A DNA stretch of 32,000 bases from Delftia acidovorans NBRC 14950 (GCF_001598795.1 NZ_BCZP01000004.1:240001-272000), one strand, 5' to 3'. Counted from the first letter of the stretch, positions 1 to 8,604 are shown. Notes: a model not told the origin generated them from the sequence alone. Made by a program: numbers and translations.

Positions 1-805
1 AACGGCGCCATCCTCATGGCGGGCGCCTCCTTCGCCACCGAGCTCAACAACCCGGCCAAGTACCCGAACCAGTTCCTCGTGGGGCCCGACTACACGGAGA
101 TGTTCGGCATCCTGCTCAAGCACATCGCCAAGGAGAAGCCGGGCGCCAAGGTGGCCTTCGTCTACTCCGACTCCGAATTCGGCCGCGACCCCATCGAGGC
201 CAGCGAGGCGGCCGCCAAGAAGCTGGGCCTGAACGTGGTGGCCAAGCTGATGACGCCGCCCGGCAGCGTGGACGTGTCCACCGAAGTCATCAAGCTGCGC
301 CGCGCCCGACTACACCATCTTCCACGGCTACATCCTCGCGCCCATTCCCGAGTTCATCCAGCAGGGCAAGCAGATGGGCATGACCAGCCAATGGATGGGC
401 ACCTTCTGGACCATGGACAGCTCCACCGTCATGAAGATGGGCGAGGCCGGCGACGGCTTCATGGGCGTCATGCCCTACCGCTACTACTACGACACCTCGG
501 CCAAGGCGCCCATGCTGGACAAGATCCGCGCGCTGCGCCCCGAGTACCAGAGCACGGCCTATATCCAGGGCTTCCTGGCGGCCATGCTGTTCGTGGAATC
601 GGCCAGGCGCTGCCTGGACGCTGGCAAGCCGCTCACCGGCCCCAACCTCAAGGCCGCGCTCAACTCCATCAAGGACTTCGACACGGGCGGACTGATCGGC
701 GTGCCCATCACCATCAAGGGCAATTCGATTCCTGTGGGCCGCGTCTACAAGGCGGATATGAAAGCGCAGAAGATGCTGCCCGCCTCTGACTGGATAGCGC
801 TTTGA
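1..805 (+). pseudogene. Leu/Ile/Val-type ABC transporter periplasmic substrate-binding protein. The 5' end lies outside the window and the reading frame is broken near 300-310.
   Basis: Frame 1 (NGAILMAGASFATEL...STEVIKLRRA) reads as a type I periplasmic binding protein up to about 306, then becomes Arg/His/Pro-rich nonsense. From about 305, frame 2 continues sensibly (PDYTIFHGYILAPIPEFIQQGKQMGMTSQWMGTFW...GRVYKADMKAQKMLPASDWIAL, stop at 803-805). One protein is therefore split across two frames. Confidence 0.6.
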
Positions 806-815
806 CGAAACGCAT

Positions 816-911
816 CCCCCTGAGCGGCTTCGCCGCTGCCCCCTTCTCTCGCACCGCTTCGCGTTGCGGGAAGGGGGACGGCACCCTCGCGGCGGGGCGG
901 CCCTTGCTTGG
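816..911. repeat. REP-like GC-rich hairpin repeat, copy 1
   Basis: CCCCCTGAGCGGCTTCGCCGCTGCCCCCTTCTCTCGC...GGGAAGGGGGAC...CTTGCTTGG. It contains an internal inverted repeat (CCCCCTTC / GAAGGGGG) and is homologous over about 96 bp to 17299-17397. Confidence 0.7.
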
Positions 912-956
912 TGCCCCGCGCCTGATGCACGCCATAACCAACGTCGCGGGCTCCAC

Positions 957-1802
957 ATGCGCAGTGAAATTTTGAAGGCAATCCCAACCAAAGCAGAGAC
1001 TGCAAGCGTCCTCGAAATCAACAACATCGAGGTCATCTACAACAAGGTCGTGCAGGCCCTGCGGGGCCTGTCGCTGGCCGTGCCGCGCGGCCAGATCGTG
1101 GCGCTGCTGGGCAGCAACGGCGCGGGCAAGAGCACCACGCTCAAGGCCGTCTCGGGGCTGCTGGCGCTGGAGGACGGCCTGCTGGCCAGCGGCAGCGTGC
1201 GCTACAACGGCCAGTCCACCGCGCAGTACGCGCCCCAGCAGCTGGTACGCCTGGGGCTGTCGCATGTGATGGAGGGCCGGCGTGTGTTCGAGGACCTCAC
1301 GGTGGAGGAAAACCTCGTGGCCGCCACCTACGCGCTCACGGGCCGCAATCAAGTCAAGCCCGACTTCGACCTGGTCTACAGCTACTTCCCGCGCCTGCAT
1401 GAGCGACGCAAAGGCCTGGCCGGCTACCTGTCGGGCGGCGAGCAGCAGATGCTGGCCATTGGCCGCGCGCTGATCGCCGAGCCCCAGCTCATGCTGCTGG
1501 ACGAGCCCTCGCTGGGCCTGGCGCCGAAGCTGGTGGAGGACATCTTCACCATCATCGCGCGCATCAATGCCGAGCGCGGCACCTCCATGCTGCTGGTCGA
1601 GCAGAACGCCACCGTGGCCCTGGCCGTGGCGCACAGCGGCTACATCATGGAGAACGGCAAGATCGTCATCGACGGCCCGGCCGAACGCCTGGCCCAGGAT
1701 GCCGACGTGCGCGAGTTCTACCTGGGCATGGGTGGCAGCGGCGAGGCGAAGAGCTTCCGCGATCTGAAGCACTACAAGCGCCGCAAGCGCTGGTTGTCCT
1801 AG
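957..1802 (+). CDS. Branched-chain amino acid ABC transporter ATP-binding protein (LivF-like)
   Basis: Walker A GSNGAGKST, ABC signature LSGGEQQ and Walker B LMLLDEPS are present. The ORF opens at 864, but its first 31 codons run through the REP-like repeat, so ATG 957 (MRSEILKAI...) is preferred. Confidence 0.85.
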   Translation: MRSEILKAIPTKAETASVLEINNIEVIYNKVVQALRGLSLAVPRGQIVALLGSNGAGKSTTLKAVSGLLALEDGLLASGSVRYNGQSTAQYAPQQLVRLGLSHVMEGRRVFEDLTVEENLVAATYALTGRNQVKPDFDLVYSYFPRLHERRKGLAGYLSGGEQQMLAIGRALIAEPQLMLLDEPSLGLAPKLVEDIFTIIARINAERGTSMLLVEQNATVALAVAHSGYIMENGKIVIDGPAERLAQDADVREFYLGMGGSGEAKSFRDLKHYKRRKRWLS

Positions 1803-1815
1803 CCTGGGAACGCAC

Positions 1816-3645
1816 ATGCAAGCCCTTCCCGAACTCACCCTGCCCCAGATGCTGGCCGAACGCGCGCGCAGCGATGCCCAGCGCGTGGCCATACGGCAAA
1901 AGGACTTCGGCATCTGGAAGCCCACCAGCTGGGCACGCTACCACGAGCGTGCCAGCCACTTCGGGCTGGGCCTGGCGCAGCTGGGCCTGGCGCCAGGCGG
2001 CCACATGGGCGTGATCTCCGAGAACCGCATCGAGTGGGTGCTGGCCCAGATGGGCGCGGGCCTGATCGGCGCCATCACCGTGGGCGTGTACCCCACCAGC
2101 CCCACGCCCGAGGTCGCCTATGTGGCGGGCCATGCCGATGTGGACATCATGGTCTGCGAGGACCAGGAGCAGACCGACAAGCTGCTGGCCGCCCTGCCCC
2201 AGCTGCCGCGCCTGAAGAAGATCATCGTCATGGAGACCAAGGGCCTGCGCAGCTTCGCGCCGGAGGTCCGCGCCCTGATCGCCACCTTCGACGAGGTCGA
2301 GCGCCTGGGCGCCCAGGCCGCCAGCCGCGCCCCCATCGAACAGGCGCTGGCACGCCAGACCCTGGATGACGTGGGGCTGATGATCTACACCTCGGGCTCC
2401 ACCGGCAAGCCCAAGGGCGCCATGATCACCTACCGCAACATCCGCGGCGTGGTGCCCGGCATTGCCGAGCGGCTGGGGCTGGACGGCGGCACGCGCCACC
2501 TGTCCTACCTGCCGCTGTGCCACGTGGCCGAGCAGATGCTGACCAGCTTCGTGCCGGTCTACCTGGGCTCGCAGGTGCACTTCGGCGAGTCCATCCGCAC
2601 GGTGCAGGAAGACCTGCGCGAAGTCGCGCCCAACATGTTCCTGGGCGTGCCGCGCATCTGGGAGAAGCTGCACGCGGCCATCAGCATCAAGATGCAGGAG
2701 ACCGGGCCGCTGCGCCGCGCGCTCTACCGGCGCGCCATGGCGGCCTGCGCGCCGCTGGCCGAAAAGCCCCGCAGGCAGTGGAGCCTGGCCGAGCGCCTGG
2801 CCTGGGCGGCCAGCTACTGGAGCGTGCTGCGCGCGCTGCAGAACTTCATCGGCCTACGCGAGGCGCGCGTGGCGCTCACCGGCGCCGCGCCCATACCGCC
2901 CGACGTGGTGCGCTTTTTCCGCACGCTGGGCGTGCCGCTGATCGAGGTCTACGGGCTGACCGAATCCACGGGAATGGTTACCGGTCACCGCCTGGACGAC
3001 GTGGCCGTGGGCAGCGTGGGCGTGGCCACCGAAGGCGTGCAATGGCGCATTGCCACCCATGCCGGCCCCGATGAGGGCGACGGCAGCGGCGAGCTCCAGA
3101 TCAGGGGCGACATGGTCTTCGCGGGCTACTACAAAAACCCCGAGGCCACGGCGCAAAGCCTGCAGGACGGCTGGCTGCACACGGGCGACGTGGTGCGCGT
3201 GCAGGGCGGCCAGCTGCGCATCGTGGACCGCCTCAAGGACATCATGATCACCGCCGGCGGCAAGAACCTCACGCCCTCGGAGATCGAGAACACCATGAAG
3301 TCCAGCCCCTTCATCAAGGAGTGCATCGTCGTCGCCGAGGGCCGCAAGTTCGTGGGCGCGCTGGTGCAGATCGACTACGAGACCGTGGGCCAATGGGCCC
3401 AGGCGCGGCGCATCCCCTTCACGCATTTCCGCTCCCTGGCCGAGATGGCCGAGGTGCGCGCGCTGATCGATGCCGAGATCGCGCAGGGCAATGCGCGCCT
3501 GGCCCAGGTCTCGCATGTGCGGCGCTTCCATCTGCTGACCAAGGAACTGGACCACGACGATGGCGAAGTCACGGCCACGATGAAGGTGCGCCGCTCGTCC
3601 ATCTACAAGACCTACGCCGCCGAAATCGACGCCCTGTACCACTGA
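1816..3645 (+). CDS. AMP-dependent synthetase / long-chain fatty acid-CoA ligase
   Basis: 609 aa with the AMP-binding motif YTSGSTGKPKGA, then GYYKNPEAT...DGWLHTGD and a C-terminal KVRR motif. Third-position GC is high, matching the neighbouring genes. Confidence 0.9.
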   Translation: MQALPELTLPQMLAERARSDAQRVAIRQKDFGIWKPTSWARYHERASHFGLGLAQLGLAPGGHMGVISENRIEWVLAQMGAGLIGAITVGVYPTSPTPEVAYVAGHADVDIMVCEDQEQTDKLLAALPQLPRLKKIIVMETKGLRSFAPEVRALIATFDEVERLGAQAASRAPIEQALARQTLDDVGLMIYTSGSTGKPKGAMITYRNIRGVVPGIAERLGLDGGTRHLSYLPLCHVAEQMLTSFVPVYLGSQVHFGESIRTVQEDLREVAPNMFLGVPRIWEKLHAAISIKMQETGPLRRALYRRAMAACAPLAEKPRRQWSLAERLAWAASYWSVLRALQNFIGLREARVALTGAAPIPPDVVRFFRTLGVPLIEVYGLTESTGMVTGHRLDDVAVGSVGVATEGVQWRIATHAGPDEGDGSGELQIRGDMVFAGYYKNPEATAQSLQDGWLHTGDVVRVQGGQLRIVDRLKDIMITAGGKNLTPSEIENTMKSSPFIKECIVVAEGRKFVGALVQIDYETVGQWAQARRIPFTHFRSLAEMAEVRALIDAEIAQGNARLAQVSHVRRFHLLTKELDHDDGEVTATMKVRRSSIYKTYAAEIDALYH

Positions 3646-3654
3646 TCCGCTCCC

Positions 3655-4443
3655 ATGACCGACACGCAAGACACCCCGCTGCTGCTGCACCGCGAAGGCG
3701 CCATCGCCACGCTGACCTTCCACCGCCCCGCCGCCCTCAACGCCATCGACGTGCCCATGGCGCTGGCACTGCGCGACGCCGTGCGCACCCTGGCCCAGGA
3801 CCGCGCGCTGCGCTGCGTGGTGCTGAATGGTGCAGGCCGCGCCTTCATGGCGGGCGGCGACCTGGACACGCTGGCCGCCGACCCCGTGCGCGGCGCGGCC
3901 GAGCTGCTGGCGCCGCTCAACGAGGCCGTGGCGCTGCTGGGCCAGCTCGATGCGCCCGTCATCGCCAAGGTGCATGGCGCGGCGGCAGGCGCAGGCCTGT
4001 CGCTGATGCTGCAGGCCGACTTCGTCTACGCGGCCGAGGGCACGCGCTTCAACCTGGCCTACATCAACCTGGGCGCCAGCTGCGACGTGGGAGCCTCCTG
4101 GGCGCTGCCGCGCATCGTGGGCCTGCGCAACGCGCTGGAGATCGCCATGCTGGGCGAGACCCTGGACTGCGCCCAAGCGCAGCGCCTGAGCCTCATCAAC
4201 CGCGTCCTGCCGCCCGCCGAACTCGACGCCGCCGTGCTGCAGCTGGCCCAGCGCCTGGCCGCCGGCCCCACGGTGGCGCTGGGCCATATGCGCCGCCTCA
4301 TGCGCGCGGGCCTGGACCGCAGCCTGCGCGACCAGCTGGCCGCCGAGGCCTGCGCCTTCGATGCCTGTGCCCGCACGGCCGACCTGCCGCGCGGCATTGC
4401 GGCGTTCCACGCCAAGCAGGCACCGCAATTCGAGGGACGTTGA
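3655..4443 (+). CDS. Enoyl-CoA hydratase/isomerase (crotonase family)
   Basis: 262 aa with a crotonase-fold pattern (LTFHRPAALNAID...GRAFMAGGDL...VHGAAAGAGLSLML). It sits 9 nt downstream of the ligase gene. Confidence 0.85.
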   Translation: MTDTQDTPLLLHREGAIATLTFHRPAALNAIDVPMALALRDAVRTLAQDRALRCVVLNGAGRAFMAGGDLDTLAADPVRGAAELLAPLNEAVALLGQLDAPVIAKVHGAAAGAGLSLMLQADFVYAAEGTRFNLAYINLGASCDVGASWALPRIVGLRNALEIAMLGETLDCAQAQRLSLINRVLPPAELDAAVLQLAQRLAAGPTVALGHMRRLMRAGLDRSLRDQLAAEACAFDACARTADLPRGIAAFHAKQAPQFEGR

Positions 4444-4542
4444 CCTGCGCCCGGAACTGACGCCGAGGCGGCTGCGCTGCCTGCCGCCTGCCCGGCACAA
4501 TGCACTCCATCCCCCGTGTTCATCGCTTCGAGGAGCTTCACC

Positions 4543-5730
4543 ATGACCCCACGCGACGTCTTCGTCGTCGGCACTGCGCGCACCGCCATCGGCACCTTCG
4601 GCGGCAGCCTCAAGGACGTACCCAACACCCAGCTGGCCACCACGGCCGTCAAGGCGGCCATCGAGCGCGCGGGCCTGGCGCCCGACGCCGTCGGCCACGT
4701 GGTCATGGGCAATGTGATCCCCACCGATACCAAGGACGCCTACCTCTCGCGCGTGGCCGCCATCGATGCGGGCTGCCCCATCGAGACGCCGGCCTTCAAC
4801 GTCAACCGGCTGTGCGGCTCCGGCCTGCAGGCCATCGTCTCCGCCGCCCAGGCCATTGCGCTGGGCGACTGCGACGTGGCCATCGGCGGCGGCAGCGAGT
4901 CCATGAGCCGCGGCCCCTACTTCGACCAGGCCGCCCGCTGGGGCGCGCGCATGGGCGACGCAAAGAGCATCGACTACATGCTGGGCATCCTGCACGACCC
5001 CTGGCAGAAGATGCACATGGGCATCACGGCCGAAAACGTGGCCGAGCGCTACCACATCAGCCGCGAAATGCAGGACGAACTGGCGGCAGCCAGCCACCAG
5101 CGCGCGGCCGCTGCCATTGCGGCAGGCCACTTCAAGGAGCAGATCGTTCCTGTGGAAATCACCACGCGCAAGGGCGTCGTGGTCTTCGACACCGACGAGC
5201 ATGTGCGTGCCAGCACCACCATCGAATTGCTGTCCACCATGAAGCCCGCGTTCCGCAAGGAAGGCGGCAGCGTGACGGCCGGCAATGCCTCGGGCATCAA
5301 CGACGGCGCCGCCGCCGTGGCCCTGGCCGCAGGCGATCGCGTGGCCGCCCTGGGCCTGAAGCCCCTGGCGCGCCTGGTGGGCTACGCCCATGCCGGCGTG
5401 GACCCCGCCTACATGGGCATAGGCCCCGTGCCGGCCACGCAGAAGGTGCTGCAGCGCACGGGCCTGAAGATTGCAGACATGGACGTGATCGAGGCCAACG
5501 AGGCCTTCGCGGCCCAGGCCTGCGCCGTGATCCAGCAGCTGGGCATGGACCCGGCCAAGGTCAACCCCAACGGCTCGGGCATATCGCTGGGCCACCCGGT
5601 CGGCGCAACGGGCGCCATCATCACCACCAAGGCCATCGCCGAGCTGCAGCGCACGGGCGGCCGCTATGCGCTGGTGACCATGTGCATTGGTGGCGGCCAA
5701 GGGATCTCGGCCATCTTTGAAAGAGTCTGA
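4543..5730 (+). CDS. Acetyl-CoA C-acyltransferase (thiolase)
   Basis: Active-site motifs NRLCGSGLQA, GNASGINDGAAA and CIGGGQG. ATG 4543 (MTPRDVFVVGTARTAIG) has a GAGGAG Shine-Dalgarno about 8 nt upstream. The track ORF opens at 4516. Confidence 0.9.
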   Translation: MTPRDVFVVGTARTAIGTFGGSLKDVPNTQLATTAVKAAIERAGLAPDAVGHVVMGNVIPTDTKDAYLSRVAAIDAGCPIETPAFNVNRLCGSGLQAIVSAAQAIALGDCDVAIGGGSESMSRGPYFDQAARWGARMGDAKSIDYMLGILHDPWQKMHMGITAENVAERYHISREMQDELAAASHQRAAAAIAAGHFKEQIVPVEITTRKGVVVFDTDEHVRASTTIELLSTMKPAFRKEGGSVTAGNASGINDGAAAVALAAGDRVAALGLKPLARLVGYAHAGVDPAYMGIGPVPATQKVLQRTGLKIADMDVIEANEAFAAQACAVIQQLGMDPAKVNPNGSGISLGHPVGATGAIITTKAIAELQRTGGRYALVTMCIGGGQGISAIFERV

Positions 5731-5743
5731 GCGCCGCCTGGGC

Positions 5744-5773
5744 GTGGCGATGTTTCACATGAAACATCGCCAC
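5744..5773. terminator. 30-bp near-perfect palindrome / hairpin between the convergent thiolase and rdgC genes
   Basis: GTGGCGATGTTTC-ACAT-GAAACATCGCCAC gives a 13-bp stem and a 4-nt loop. Neither side has a clear U-tract, so a terminator role is only inferred from position. Confidence 0.4.
5751..5766. promoter_or_regulatory. parS-like centromere site (15 of 16 match to TGTTTCACGTGAAACA)
   Basis: The sequence reads TGTTTCACATGAAACA. Its only difference from the universal ParB-binding consensus TGTTNCACGTGAAACA is the central G to A change. Confidence 0.6.
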
Positions 5774-5790
5774 CGCAGCCGCCTGCCGGC

Positions 5791-6828
5791 TTAGAACGGC
5801 GCTTCTTCAGGCGCAGTATCCACGGGAGCCAGGGCCGGCCCCGTCAGCGCACCACGGCCCGAGGCCGCTGCACGCGGTGTCGCTGCGGGAGTCTGGGCAG
5901 CGGGTGTCTGCAGCGATGCCGGCAGATCCTGGCCCAGGCCCGTGCGCCCTTCCCCACCCAGCGCCTCGATCAGATCGGGGATGAGCTTGGACAGCTCGCC
6001 CGTGGCAATCGCCACATCGGCATCGAAGCCGCCGTCGTCCTGCGACTGGCCTTCCATCACGGCATCGAGCAGCGCGATCTTGCGGATCTGCAGACCCTCG
6101 GTCAGCACAAAGCTCACGCGGTCATCCCAGGTCAGCGCCAGGCGCGTGGGCAGCTTGCCGTGCTCGATATGCTGGCGCACCTCGTCGATGTCCAGCGGAT
6201 GGCGCGCATAGCGCACCACGGCCTTGGATTCGTCGGCGGCCTTGAGCTCGCATTCACGGTCAATCGAGAAGCCGGCCGGGCTTTCCTGCGTGGTCAGCCA
6301 GTGCGCCATGGCAGCCTGGGCGCTGGTCTGCGTATCGACCAGGGCCAGCGCAAAGCCAGTGAGGCCCTCCACCAGCGCGCTGACCACCTCGTCGGCGCGC
6401 GCCTGGCTGCCCGTGTCCAGCACCAGGGTGCGGGCCTGCGGGTCCAGCCAGACCCACATGGCGCCCTGCTTGGTGAAGGCCATGGGCAGCAGGTCCAGCT
6501 TGGCCTCGTCCTTCAGTTCCTTCTTTTCCTTCTTGCCCGGCTTGCGGCCTTCGGTGGCCTCGATGTGGGCAGCCTTTTCGTTGACGCGGCGGTTGAGCAC
6601 GCTGGCCGGCAGCATCTTGGCCTCGGTCATGAAGCGCATCACCCACTGATTGGCCACGGACTCGGCCAGCGGGCCATGGGGCTCGCCGCGCGGCGGCACC
6701 CAGCCGGCGCTGCGCTCCTGCGTGGCGCCGCACTCGGCAAACGGGCTCTTGCCCAGGGCTTCTTCAAGCTGCTGCAAATCGCCCTGCCAGCTCTCGGCAA
6801 TGCGATAGACGATCATGTTTTTGAACAT
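5791..6828 (-). CDS. rdgC: Recombination-associated protein RdgC
   Basis: MFKNMIVYRIAESW...SAGWVPP...LALTWDDRVSFVLTEGLQIRKI is the RdgC family pattern. The start is moved to ATG 6828, because the upstream 79 codons of the track ORF are Cys/Arg-rich nonsense. The last ~45 aa form an Ala/Pro/Thr-rich tail. Confidence 0.85.
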   Translation of the reverse strand: MFKNMIVYRIAESWQGDLQQLEEALGKSPFAECGATQERSAGWVPPRGEPHGPLAESVANQWVMRFMTEAKMLPASVLNRRVNEKAAHIEATEGRKPGKKEKKELKDEAKLDLLPMAFTKQGAMWVWLDPQARTLVLDTGSQARADEVVSALVEGLTGFALALVDTQTSAQAAMAHWLTTQESPAGFSIDRECELKAADESKAVVRYARHPLDIDEVRQHIEHGKLPTRLALTWDDRVSFVLTEGLQIRKIALLDAVMEGQSQDDGGFDADVAIATGELSKLIPDLIEALGGEGRTGLGQDLPASLQTPAAQTPAATPRAAASGRGALTGPALAPVDTAPEEAPF

Positions 6829-6911
6829 AGCGAACCTTTGCTCGGACGGACTGCGGCTGCGCCGCAGCAGGGGTGTGCAACACCGGGCTGCGTCGCCTCC
6901 ATCCAGAGGGA

Positions 6912-6953
6912 GAAAACAGAAAAAACAGCAGGGGCGCCATGCCTTGGCGCCCC
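6912..6953 (-). terminator. Terminator-like hairpin on the minus strand, in the rdgC upstream region
   Basis: 9-bp GC stem GGGGCGCCA-TGCCT-TGGCGCCCC (6931-6953). On the minus strand it is followed by TGCTGTTTTTTCTGTTTT. The U-run begins 5 nt after the stem, which is not ideal. Confidence 0.3.
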
Positions 6954-7138
6954 GCCCGGTCATTGTGCATGCCTGGCACCGGACGGCGCTGCACAAGCTT
7001 GTCAATTCTTTACAAGCCGTGCGCAAAACCTCACTGCCCCGATACATCGGACGACCACACTTCAATCATCCGCTGCACAGGGCTCGCCAAGTGCCTTGAC
7101 GGCGGCCTTCAGTCACCCTCTCCAGAAAGGATTTTGGA

Positions 7139-7684
7139 ATGACCACCACCTTCCGCCGCACCCTCGCCAGCGCCGCTGCTACCACCGCCTTGCTGGCATC
7201 GTTCGCCCTGCCCTCGTACGCCCAGACCGCCGCGCCGGCAGCCCCCGCCGCCGCCACGGCACCCAAGCCCGATCGCGCCATGCACAAGCACGGCGACCGC
7301 ATGGAGCACATGCAGCAGCGCATCGCCAAGCTCAAGGCCGACCTCAAGCTCACGCCGGCCCAGGAAACCGCATGGAACACCTATGCGGCCACCTTCAAGC
7401 CCGGCGAGCGTCCCCAGCGCATGGAGCGCGAGGACTTCGCCAAGCTGACCACGCCCCAGCGCATCGACAAGATGCGTGAAATGCGCGCCCAGCGCGCGGC
7501 CGATGCCGATCGCCGCGGCGAAGCCACCAAGGCCTTCTACGCCCAGCTGGACGCCAGCCAGCAAAAGACCTTCGATGCCGCCACGCTGCACAAGGGCCAC
7601 CCCGGCCACCACGGCATGGACCACGGCCCGCGCCATGACCACAAGAGCGGCCAGGCCCGCCCTGCCCCGGCACCCGCCCAGTAA
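7139..7684 (+). CDS. Spy/CpxP-family periplasmic protein (LTxxQ motifs) with a His-rich C-terminus
   Basis: Signal peptide MTTTFRRTLASAAATTALLASFALPSYAQ, two LTxxQ motifs (LKLTPAQETAW, LTTPQRIDKM) and the C-terminal HKGHPGHHGMDHGPRHDHK. Confidence 0.8.
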   Translation: MTTTFRRTLASAAATTALLASFALPSYAQTAAPAAPAAATAPKPDRAMHKHGDRMEHMQQRIAKLKADLKLTPAQETAWNTYAATFKPGERPQRMEREDFAKLTTPQRIDKMREMRAQRAADADRRGEATKAFYAQLDASQQKTFDAATLHKGHPGHHGMDHGPRHDHKSGQARPAPAPAQ

Positions 7685-7735
7685 GCAGCCACCTGGCCTG
7701 CCCGCCACCAGCGGGCAGCCGGATTGCTTGCGCCA

Positions 7736-7785
7736 GCCCTTGCACGGACGCCTTGTCAGGCGGCCGACAGTGCAAGGGCTTTTTT
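7736..7785 (+). terminator. Rho-independent terminator after the Spy-like gene
   Basis: 10-bp stem GCCCTTGCAC ... GTGCAAGGGC followed directly by TTTTTT. A smaller hairpin, CTGCCCGC-CACCA-GCGGGCAG, lies at 7698-7718. Confidence 0.7.
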
Positions 7786-7860
7786 GCTGACTCCCCGATC
7801 TTCACCAGCCTCCCTAGAGTGTTACAGGCACAGCAACGTGTGCCGCCCCCGGAGAAGATC

Positions 7861-8493
7861 ATGGCCCTCAAAATCATTCAAACGACGCCATCCAGCTACC
7901 AGAGCCTCGCCAAGGCACGCATCCATCCGCCAGCACGCCTGGCAGCGACCGTGGTGCTGGCCTGCGCAGGCGCTGTCCTGCCGATGGCGACCCAGGCGCA
8001 ATCCTTGGCGCCGGAATCCTCCCCTTCCATGTACCTGCAATATGGCGCGGCCGAGCACAGCGCCGACAGCTGGACCCTGGGCGTTACTGTGCCCTGGCGC
8101 AACTGGCGCCATGCGCTGTGGGGCGGCCAGCTCAGCGGCTACTGGGATATCTGGGGCGCCCGCTGGTCGGCGCCGCTGGAGGGTCGCGATCGCGGCACCT
8201 GGGTCATCGGCGTGAATCCCACCGTGCGCTGGCGCCCCAGCAACGGGCAGTCACCCTGGTTTGCAGAAACCGGCGTGGGCCTGAGCTGGGCACTGAACCG
8301 GCGCTACATCACGGACGAGAAGGAATTCCCCACGCGCTACAACTTCGCCACCCATATCGGCGTGGGCTATCTGTTTGGCAGCCAGGGCCAGCATGAGCTG
8401 GTGCTGCGGCTGGAGCACCATTCCAACGCAGGCATCAAGAAACCCAACCCCGGCGAAAACTTCCTGCAGCTGCGCTACGCCCACCATTTCTGA
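7861..8493 (+). CDS. pagL: Lipid A 3-O-deacylase (PagL family outer-membrane acyloxyacyl hydrolase)
   Basis: Signal sequence, beta-barrel-like alternation, a catalytic-type HHSNAG...NPGEN motif and a C-terminal aromatic residue (AHHF). ATG 7861 is preceded by GGAGAAG. The track ORF opens at 7753, inside the upstream terminator. Confidence 0.75.
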   Translation: MALKIIQTTPSSYQSLAKARIHPPARLAATVVLACAGAVLPMATQAQSLAPESSPSMYLQYGAAEHSADSWTLGVTVPWRNWRHALWGGQLSGYWDIWGARWSAPLEGRDRGTWVIGVNPTVRWRPSNGQSPWFAETGVGLSWALNRRYITDEKEFPTRYNFATHIGVGYLFGSQGQHELVLRLEHHSNAGIKKPNPGENFLQLRYAHHF

Positions 8494-8513
8494 TCACGGT
8501 TGCGGATCCCGGC

Positions 8514-8541
8514 AAGACCACCTTCGAGGTGGTCTTTTTTT
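8514..8541 (+). terminator. Rho-independent terminator after pagL
   Basis: AAGACCACC-TTCGA-GGTGGTCTT followed by a T-run through 8541. Confidence 0.75.
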
Positions 8542-8595
8542 GTCCTCAGCCGCCCTGTGGAAAAACCTGGGCATAAAAATCTCGTAAATCCCTGC

Positions 8596-8604
8596 TTATC
8601 CACA
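8596..8604 (+). promoter_or_regulatory. DnaA box, perfect consensus TTATCCACA
   Basis: Exact 9-mer read in the sequence. Confidence 0.8.

Noticed and set aside
864-956. N-terminal extensions of the track ORFs for several genes. The ORF openings and the starts I adopted instead are: 864 vs 957, 4516 vs 4543, 7065 vs 6828, 7753 vs 7861, 12577 vs 13021, 18860 vs 18953, 22116 vs 22062, 23834 vs 23045 and 28116 vs 27993.
   Set aside because: The extensions run through repeats, terminators or non-coding-like sequence. Internal ATGs give canonical family N-termini or signal peptides, often with a good Shine-Dalgarno sequence.
2854-5700. Very long antisense ORFs: 2854-5700 minus (948 aa), 14278-17373 minus (1031 aa), 25396-27945 plus (849 aa), 9263-11704 plus (813 aa), 6160-7479 plus, 29451-31025 plus and many shorter ones.
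   Set aside because: Their translations are Ala/Arg/Gly/His-rich with no recognisable motifs. They lie exactly opposite genes with clear family signatures. Stop-poor antisense frames are expected in high-GC DNA, so these are shadow ORFs.
6960-6985. A sigma-54-type promoter (TGGCAC-N5-TTGC) at TGGCACCGGACGGCGC, and similar TGGCAC strings near 18775.
   Set aside because: The -12 element (TTGC) is absent in every case.
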